This document shows, piece by piece, positions 27,156 through 32,338 of a DNA stretch of 32,338 nucleotides. The first letter of the stretch is position 1; every line of letters begins with the position of its first letter. The notes beneath the pieces were generated by a model. It was not told the DNA's origin. It saw nothing but the letters and a program-made list of their open reading frames with translations, and did not search any database. This DNA comes from a virus (Duplodnaviria > Caudoviricetes). The stretch covers positions 1-32,338 of IMG/VR virus record IMGVR_UViG_3300005805_000280, one strand, 5' to 3'. The position numbers and the translations under genes are program-made.

Positions 27156-27455
27156 TTAGTACCCCAGGACCGATTTCAAGGTGCTCTCTTTGGGTAGATA
27201 GATGCGTGCACCAACACGGAAATCCAAGGGCGGAGCTGTGAGAGTGTTGGGGTTGCGCTGATAAAACACCCACCACAATGCTGGTGTGCCGTAAAGATCA
27301 TAGGCCATAAGGTCTGGACGATACTGATAGGTCAGAGTTATCGTGGTCAGCACATCATCGCTCTGTTTGGGTATAGCGCGATTGTTCATGACATCCAAGA
27401 AAAACTGGCTATAGGGTGTGGTAAAATAGGGGCTGGTAGCGTCGTAGGTGGCCAT
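27156..27455 (-). CDS. gp53: Baseplate wedge protein, gp53-like (LysM-like)
   Basis: 99 aa with YQYRPDLMAYDLYGTPALWWVF...N...DFRVGARIYLP, the classic gp53 / tail-X pattern. Confidence 0.85.
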   Translation of the reverse strand: MATYDATSPYFTTPYSQFFLDVMNNRAIPKQSDDVLTTITLTYQYRPDLMAYDLYGTPALWWVFYQRNPNTLTAPPLDFRVGARIYLPKESTLKSVLGY

Positions 27456-28711
27456 TACCAGAATCCTCCTTTGAGTAAGTTGCCATTGGCAAATTCCCGG
27501 AGACTGAACTGCTGACTGACTTGGCTGCGTGTTTGCACTGGCAGTAGAGTGATCTGTATCTCCATCTTGGTGGGCACATAAGTGGTCTGCGTAGTCCCGC
27601 TCACGGTCTGTGCCACATAGCCTAGATCCTGTAACCCGCTCTGTGCACCACCTTGCACCTTGCCCCCGGTGGCCAGATTGATCAAACTACCGATACGACG
27701 AGCAGCAGTTTCTATAGTGCTGCCCGGGCTACTAGACACCTGGTTACGATTGACCACGAGATTCTGTCCCTGATTGTTGGGATTCACTCGTATGTAATCC
27801 ACACCATTGGGTAGGTTATAGGCAAAATTAGAGATCAAGCAGGAATGATTGTTGAACTGATACTCACCAAACCCCGACAGCATGACCAAGGGCGGGGGTG
27901 CTCCTCGAAATTCGTCTTTGCCGTAGAACATCTTGGTAGCCGACCGGAAGAAATGTATCACAGCCAGGAGATACTGTGCTTCCAGAGTGTCTTGTGCAGT
28001 AAACGTGCCATTGATGGATATTTCGCCCACGGCGCTGTTCTTGTAGAAGTAACCGCGATAGTTAGAATGTGTGAGATCTCGGCGATCATATGCGGCCTCG
28101 TAGCGGGTCTGTACCTGAGGCAAGTAGGGAAATATCACACCATCGCTGGTCTTCAAGGGTGCCATTATGCCCGGATTTTCAGCACGATAAAGGTAGTTGG
28201 CATTGGGAGCCAGACGTATGCGAACTCGCCAGTCACCTGACGCTGTGCTCTGGGCGTATCTCTGCTGGAGTGTACTTTGCTCGCGAGCTCGCTGAGTGGC
28301 AGCTTGCTCTGCAGCACCCCGTTCAGCATCGTCGTCTTCGGCGGCTGTTTGACGATCTGGTGTTTCATCATCGTCGGCATCGTCGGCAAAGGGATCAAAT
28401 TGCGGTTCAGGCTCTTTTGCTTCAACTTGTTCTTCTCTGTCGTCGGCAAAGGGATCAAATTGCGGTTCAGGCTCTTCTGCTTCAACTGGTTCTTCGCTGT
28501 CGTCGGCATCGTCGGCAAAGGGATCAAACTGCGGGTCAGGCTCGGTTTCTAATACAAATTCAACCGGGATCACAAAGTTGCCGTCGGGAGACAGCTGATA
28601 ATTGACTTGTTGATCAGCCGGTATCCCCAGTATATCAAACACCTCGTCGAGGCTGATATTCTGTTGTAACAATTCATCTATTGCTAGTGCGGTTTCTAAG
28701 CTGTAGGCCAT
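27455..28711 (-). CDS. Putative baseplate tail-tube junction/initiator protein (gp48/gp54-like) with an acidic repetitive N-terminal extension
   Basis: C-terminal tube-fold-like region: VIFPYLPQVQTRYEAAY..LTHSNY..ISINGTFTAQ..GAPPPLVMLSGFGEYQF...ISNFAYNLP...VPTKMEIQITLLP. First gene of the baseplate operon, with a TAATG overlap with gp53. Confidence 0.65.
   Translation of the reverse strand: MAYSLETALAIDELLQQNISLDEVFDILGIPADQQVNYQLSPDGNFVIPVEFVLETEPDPQFDPFADDADDSEEPVEAEEPEPQFDPFADDREEQVEAKEPEPQFDPFADDADDDETPDRQTAAEDDDAERGAAEQAATQRAREQSTLQQRYAQSTASGDWRVRIRLAPNANYLYRAENPGIMAPLKTSDGVIFPYLPQVQTRYEAAYDRRDLTHSNYRGYFYKNSAVGEISINGTFTAQDTLEAQYLLAVIHFFRSATKMFYGKDEFRGAPPPLVMLSGFGEYQFNNHSCLISNFAYNLPNGVDYIRVNPNNQGQNLVVNRNQVSSSPGSTIETAARRIGSLINLATGGKVQGGAQSGLQDLGYVAQTVSGTTQTTYVPTKMEIQITLLPVQTRSQVSQQFSLREFANGNLLKGGFW
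28381..28543. repeat. Coding tandem repeat, 60-bp unit (2 full copies plus 1 partial) encoding EP(E/D)PQFDPFADD
   Basis: 28381-28440 and 28441-28500 match at 57/60 nt. A third core at 28510-28543 matches at 32/34 after a 9-bp insertion. Confidence 0.95.
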
Positions 28712-28727
28712 TGATCAATCCCCCGCA

Positions 28728-28733
28728 TATTTA
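28728..28733 (-). promoter_or_regulatory. Late promoter motif TAAATA heading the baseplate operon
   Basis: GTAAATA ending 16 nt before ATG 28711, followed by a GGGGGA SD-like tract. Confidence 0.65.
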
Positions 28734-28767
28734 CCAACATTTTTAACGACTTATATTAAGGTATTGG

Positions 28768-28800
28768 TTGACTTCTGCCCAAAATGTGTTACAATAAATA
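28768..28800 (+). promoter_or_regulatory. Sigma70-like promoter (TTGACT-16-TACAAT, extended -10 TG) overlapping a late motif ATAAATA, upstream of gp55
   Basis: TTGACT 28768-28773, TG at 28787-28788, TACAAT 28790-28795, ATAAATA 28794-28800; GGAG/AAGGA before ATG 28819. Confidence 0.65.
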
Positions 28801-28818
28801 CTGATCTGGAGACAAGGA

Positions 28819-29703
28819 ATGCCCATCGAAGCTGTCAAGCCACCCGCCAAAATCAACTATCTCAACAATCGCGACATACTGCGCGAGATACATCTCAGCA
28901 AGAACTCTTACTGCACATTTCACGATCCACAGCAGGATCACCAGTATGATATCATATTGTCTGACATCGCCCGCATAAACCAGCGCACCATAGCCGAAGC
29001 CCGACGCAATCGTGCAGATCGTTTCACACGCGAGACTGGACAAGAAGTAAACGAGAAAAAGATCCCCAATACCGATCTGGTATTTCGAATCATGACCTGG
29101 GAACACATACCCCTGGCACCCAAAAAACCCAACCGCACTGCCAACAAAAAGAGGCGTCTGGAAGACATCCTAGATCTTGATGACTTTGTTGAGGAAACTG
29201 TGATTGATCCTGTGGCCGATGTTATACAGGATCCCACGCATATGCGAGTAAACTTCCCGCCTTTTTTCCACTACCGCGTCAACGAGCACAAGATTCCCTA
29301 CATAGTGGGCAAGAGTCACTGGCAAGGTGAGCTAGATTTGGGTATTTTTTGCAAAGACCACGGCGCCATGACACGTCGTCTGGCCATGATGTTCATGAAA
29401 CTGTGCGAGCGCTATGCCACCCGCTCAAACTGGCGGGGCTATACCTACAATGAGGAAATGCGTGGACAGGCCTTGCTACAGCTATCACAGATTGGTCTGC
29501 AGTTTGATGAGTCAAAGAGTTCCAATCCCTTTGCCTACTACACCGCGGCCATCACCAACAGCTTCACCCGTGTGCTCAACATCGAAAAGAAGATGCAAAA
29601 TATTCGTGATGACATCCTGGAGATCAACGGACTCAATCCTTCCTGGACACGTCAATATAGCCAGACTAAACCGATCAGTGTTGCAGTTTCGTCAGAAGAC
29701 TAG
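28819..29703 (+). CDS. gp55: Late-transcription sigma factor, T4 gp55-like (294 aa)
   Basis: NYLNNRDIL near the N-terminus and LCERYATRSNWRGYTYNEEMRGQALLQL...FDESKSSNPFAYYTAAITNSFTRVLNIEKK match gp55 motifs. The 55-47-46 synteny is conserved. Confidence 0.9.
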   Translation: MPIEAVKPPAKINYLNNRDILREIHLSKNSYCTFHDPQQDHQYDIILSDIARINQRTIAEARRNRADRFTRETGQEVNEKKIPNTDLVFRIMTWEHIPLAPKKPNRTANKKRRLEDILDLDDFVEETVIDPVADVIQDPTHMRVNFPPFFHYRVNEHKIPYIVGKSHWQGELDLGIFCKDHGAMTRRLAMMFMKLCERYATRSNWRGYTYNEEMRGQALLQLSQIGLQFDESKSSNPFAYYTAAITNSFTRVLNIEKKMQNIRDDILEINGLNPSWTRQYSQTKPISVAVSSED

Positions 29704-29709
29704 TAAACT
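29681..29709 (+). promoter_or_regulatory. Possible sigma70-like promoter for gp47 (TTGCAG-17-TAAACT)
   Basis: TTGCAG 29681-29686 and TAAACT 29704-29709, 6 nt before ATG 29716. Confidence 0.4.
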
Positions 29710-29715
29710 AGTGAG

Positions 29716-30732
29716 ATGACAAATCTATTCCGCAAGGCCATCGTTTTTACAGATCTGCATTTCGGTCTGAAGAGCAATAGCCTTCTACACAATCAAGACT
29801 GTGCCCGGTTTGTGGACTGGGTGATCGAAACTGGTCGGGCACACAGTTGCGAGACCGGGCTGTTCCTGGGTGACTGGAGTCATCATCGTGCCAGTATCAA
29901 CATGCAGACCTTGCAATACAGTCTGCGTGCCTTGGAAAAACTGTCCGCGGCATTTGATCAATTCTACTTCATTCCGGGCAATCACGATCTCTACTATCGT
30001 GATCGACGGGATATTTACAGCACTGAGTGGGCGCGCCACCTTCCCAACATCCAGATCTGCAATGACTGGTTCCAGTCAGGCGATGTGGTCATAGCACCTT
30101 GGCTGGTCGGTGACGATCACAAGCGCATACCCAAACTCCAAGCTCGCTACATGTTTGGGCATTTTGAGCTGCCGCATTTCAAGATGAACGCCATGGTAGA
30201 AATGCCCGACCACGGCAACGTCAAGAGCGAGCACTTTGGGGGATTTGATCAGGTGTTCTCGGGCCACTTCCATCTCAGGCAGCACAACCGAAACATACAC
30301 TATATCGGCAATGCATTCCCGCACAATTATGCGGATGCCGGCGACAACCAGCGCGGTTGCATGATCCTGGAGTGGGGCAAGGATCCAGAATTTCATGCCT
30401 GGCCGGACCAGCCTCTCTACAATGTGTGGAATCTGTCGCACGTGATCGACAATGCAGCCGACATTCTGCGTCCCAACATGCATGTGCGAGTTCAACTGGA
30501 CATTGAGATCAGTTACGAAGAAGCCAACTTCATCCGAGAAACATTCATACAGCAGTATGGACTCAGAGAGATGGCCCTGATCCCCAACAAACGCACGGCG
30601 CTGGAAGAAGATCTGTCGCCAGGCGAAGTGCGTTTTGAAAGCGTGGATCAGATCGTGACCGATCAGATCAGCCGGATTGAAAGCGAATTCTACGATTCTA
30701 AACTGCTACTCCAGATCTATCAGACTTTATGA
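29716..30732 (+). CDS. gp47: Recombination endonuclease subunit gp47 (Mre11/SbcD-like metallophosphoesterase)
   Basis: Phosphoesterase motifs DLHFG, FLGDW, PGNHD, FGHFE and FSGHFH...YIGN. Confidence 0.95.
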   Translation: MTNLFRKAIVFTDLHFGLKSNSLLHNQDCARFVDWVIETGRAHSCETGLFLGDWSHHRASINMQTLQYSLRALEKLSAAFDQFYFIPGNHDLYYRDRRDIYSTEWARHLPNIQICNDWFQSGDVVIAPWLVGDDHKRIPKLQARYMFGHFELPHFKMNAMVEMPDHGNVKSEHFGGFDQVFSGHFHLRQHNRNIHYIGNAFPHNYADAGDNQRGCMILEWGKDPEFHAWPDQPLYNVWNLSHVIDNAADILRPNMHVRVQLDIEISYEEANFIRETFIQQYGLREMALIPNKRTALEEDLSPGEVRFESVDQIVTDQISRIESEFYDSKLLLQIYQTL

Positions 30733-31148
30733 ATATATCTGTGGAGTTTGAATATCATCAATGCAATCATCCCGTATTGGTACAGATATCAGTAATTGAC
30801 CAAACTCATACTCTAGACTTACAGAGTGGACAAAAAACTATCTCGATAGACTTTGACCTAGACAATCCCACTGTGAATCAAAACGTAACAATGATAATTG
30901 GCTGTAAGAATCCTGCCATAGTGCAAACACCACTCACTGTCACCAGGGTGTTGTTAGATAACTTCTATCATCGTGATCAGTTTTCCTATCGCGGTAGACC
31001 AAAATTTAGCTTGGAATTTCTCAAAGAAGCCCAGTGCCGCGGACAATATCTTGATACTACAGTGACTGATAGCAACCGATTAGACTTTATGGGAGAATTG
31101 CATGTTGTATTTGCCTGGCCCTTTTGGCGCAACATGCGAGACCAATGA
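30729..31148 (+). CDS. Hypothetical protein, 139 aa
   Basis: ATGA overlaps at both ends; AT-rich; predicted beta-rich; no recognised motif. Confidence 0.7.
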   Translation: MNISVEFEYHQCNHPVLVQISVIDQTHTLDLQSGQKTISIDFDLDNPTVNQNVTMIIGCKNPAIVQTPLTVTRVLLDNFYHRDQFSYRGRPKFSLEFLKEAQCRGQYLDTTVTDSNRLDFMGELHVVFAWPFWRNMRDQ

Positions 31149-31789
31149 GAAAGCATATAATCAACATAGGATTGCCAAGATGTGGTACCACGTGGTTATG
31201 GTCACATCTTGCGAAACTAATCTCATACCCAGATCCAGTCAAAGAAAACGCAATACTGCACGAGAATCCAGACATCACACTATATCGAGAGTATTATCAG
31301 CGGTTTGATATCTCACTAAATTTTAATACCAACCTGTATCTATTAGACCAATATTTGATTAATCATCTTGACGCAGTGGCCACACATGTGTCTATAATAC
31401 TGCGCAATCCATACCATCAAATGCAGAGCTACTATAATCTGATTCGCGCAAGTGTTAATTTGGATCAGTTTCCAAATTGGGCTGTAGAACAGGGACTGTA
31501 TCGATATGCAGATATCATATCACGTTGGCAATCAAACATCAGCAAACCATTGCAAGTGTATCTATATGATGATCTAGCACAAGATCCAGATAAGTTTCTA
31601 GCACAATACCTGCAGTTTTGCAATTTAGATGTCCAGCTAGACCCCAACACAAACTATTACGCATCTAAAAATTCTTCTACTACACTAGACCGACCTATAT
31701 TTTCTCTTGATCAAATAGCTCTTATCAACGAGCAAATTGATCAAACTCAAGATATTGTTGCTCGAGACCTATCACACTGGAAGCTATGA
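31145..31789 (+). CDS. Sulfotransferase-family protein (P-loop, PAPS-binding), 214 aa; start revised to 31145
   Basis: MRKHIINIGLPRCGTTWLWSHL (5'-PSB loop GxP(K/R)xGTTxL), KE motif, IILRNPYHQMQSYY (3'-PB, RxP...S), and YLYDDLAQDPDKFLAQYLQFCNL. The ATG at 31145 forms an ATGA overlap with the upstream stop. Confidence 0.85.
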   Translation: MRKHIINIGLPRCGTTWLWSHLAKLISYPDPVKENAILHENPDITLYREYYQRFDISLNFNTNLYLLDQYLINHLDAVATHVSIILRNPYHQMQSYYNLIRASVNLDQFPNWAVEQGLYRYADIISRWQSNISKPLQVYLYDDLAQDPDKFLAQYLQFCNLDVQLDPNTNYYASKNSSTTLDRPIFSLDQIALINEQIDQTQDIVARDLSHWKL

Positions 31790-32338
31790 TTCACATACAA
31801 GATCTTACAGTTAAAAACTTCATGAGCGTGGGTAATGCCACGCAGGCCATTAGCTTTGACCGCAAAGACCTTACACTAGTCCTAGGCGAAAATCTTGATC
31901 TCGGTGGCGACGGATCCAGGAACGGTACTGGTAAAACTACCATTATCAACGCTCTCAGTTATGCTCTTTTTGGTCAGGCCTTGACCAATATCAAGCGAGA
32001 CAATCTCGTGAACAAGACCAACGGCAAGGCCATGCTGGTCAGTCTTGAGTTTGCTGTGAACGGTGTAGAGTATCGAGTGGAACGTGGGCGTAAGCCCAAT
32101 GTGTTCCGACTCATGATCAACAATGAAGAACGTGCTGCCGAAGACAACAGTCAAGGCGACAGCCGAGAAACCCAGACTGCATTGGAAAGCGTGCTGGGCA
32201 TGAGTCACGACATGTTCCGACACGTGATAGCACTCAATACCTATACCGAACCATTCCTGGCTCTCAAGGCCAACGACCAACGAGCCATTATCGAACAGCT
32301 CTTGGGCATCACTCAGCTGAGCGAACGTGCCGAGCGCG
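31786..32338 (+). CDS. gp46: Recombination endonuclease ATPase subunit gp46 (Rad50/SbcC-like), 3' truncated; missing from the ORF track
   Basis: MIHIQDLTVKNFMSVGN...LTLVLGENLDLGGDGSRNGTGKTTIINALSYALFG (Walker A)...YRVERGRKPN...RAIIEQLLGITQLSERAER. Confidence 0.95.
   Translation, partial: MIHIQDLTVKNFMSVGNATQAISFDRKDLTLVLGENLDLGGDGSRNGTGKTTIINALSYALFGQALTNIKRDNLVNKTNGKAMLVSLEFAVNGVEYRVERGRKPNVFRLMINNEERAAEDNSQGDSRETQTALESVLGMSHDMFRHVIALNTYTEPFLALKANDQRAIIEQLLGITQLSERAER

Noticed and set aside
28381-28543. Repeat array resembling a mini-CRISPR (~34-bp repeats with ~26-35-bp gaps)
   Set aside because: The intervening segments are near-identical rather than unique, the periods are multiples of 3, it is in frame within a CDS, and there is no leader or cas gene.
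27845-28605. Several overlapping alternative-frame ORFs (91-171 aa) over the repeat region
   Set aside because: By-products of the in-frame tandem repeat and low stop-codon density; no independent starts or motifs.
31124-31144. ORF-track start at 31124 for the sulfotransferase
   Set aside because: ATG 31145 forms an ATGA overlap and places the PSB loop at the usual N-terminal position.
31882-32280. 132-aa minus-strand ORF
   Set aside because: Antisense to gp46, which has a clear Walker A motif.
1-32338. Stop-codon recoding, inteins, diversity-generating retroelement, or a bacterial T6SS/eCIS locus
   Set aside because: Genes are long and intact in the standard code, with TAA, TGA and TAG all used as stops. 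I noticed no intein splice motifs, reverse transcriptase or adenine-variable repeat pair. The gp55/47/46 genes and late promoters indicate a T4-like phage rather than a cellular injection system.

Overview
A fragment of a large T4-like (myovirus/jumbo-type) phage genome with two divergent blocks meeting at about 28712-28818. The minus strand (28711 to <1) is a late structural operon: gp48/gp54-like tube-junction protein with acidic tandem repeats, gp53-like, hub (gp27-like), gp5/VgrG-like spike, a 481-aa protein, gp25, gp6, a giant 4911-aa multidomain baseplate protein, an unannotated 52-aa ORF, a degenerate GIY-YIG endonuclease remnant, a ~200-aa virion protein and a truncated tail-fibre-like gene. 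The plus strand (28819 to >32338) carries an enlarged gp55-type late sigma factor, gp47, an AT-rich two-gene insert (hypothetical plus sulfotransferase) and the start of gp46. A TAAATA late-promoter motif recurs upstream of six genes, and in two cases it is so close to the ATG that leaderless mRNAs are predicted. I saw no tRNA, rRNA or CRISPR array, and no clear self-contained novel system. The best leads are the leaderless late promoters, the 52-aa mini-paralog/GIY-YIG relic locus, the sulfotransferase cassette inside the gp47-gp46 operon and the domain architecture of the giant protein. All product calls come from motif recognition by eye, not database searches, and domain boundaries inside genes are approximate.
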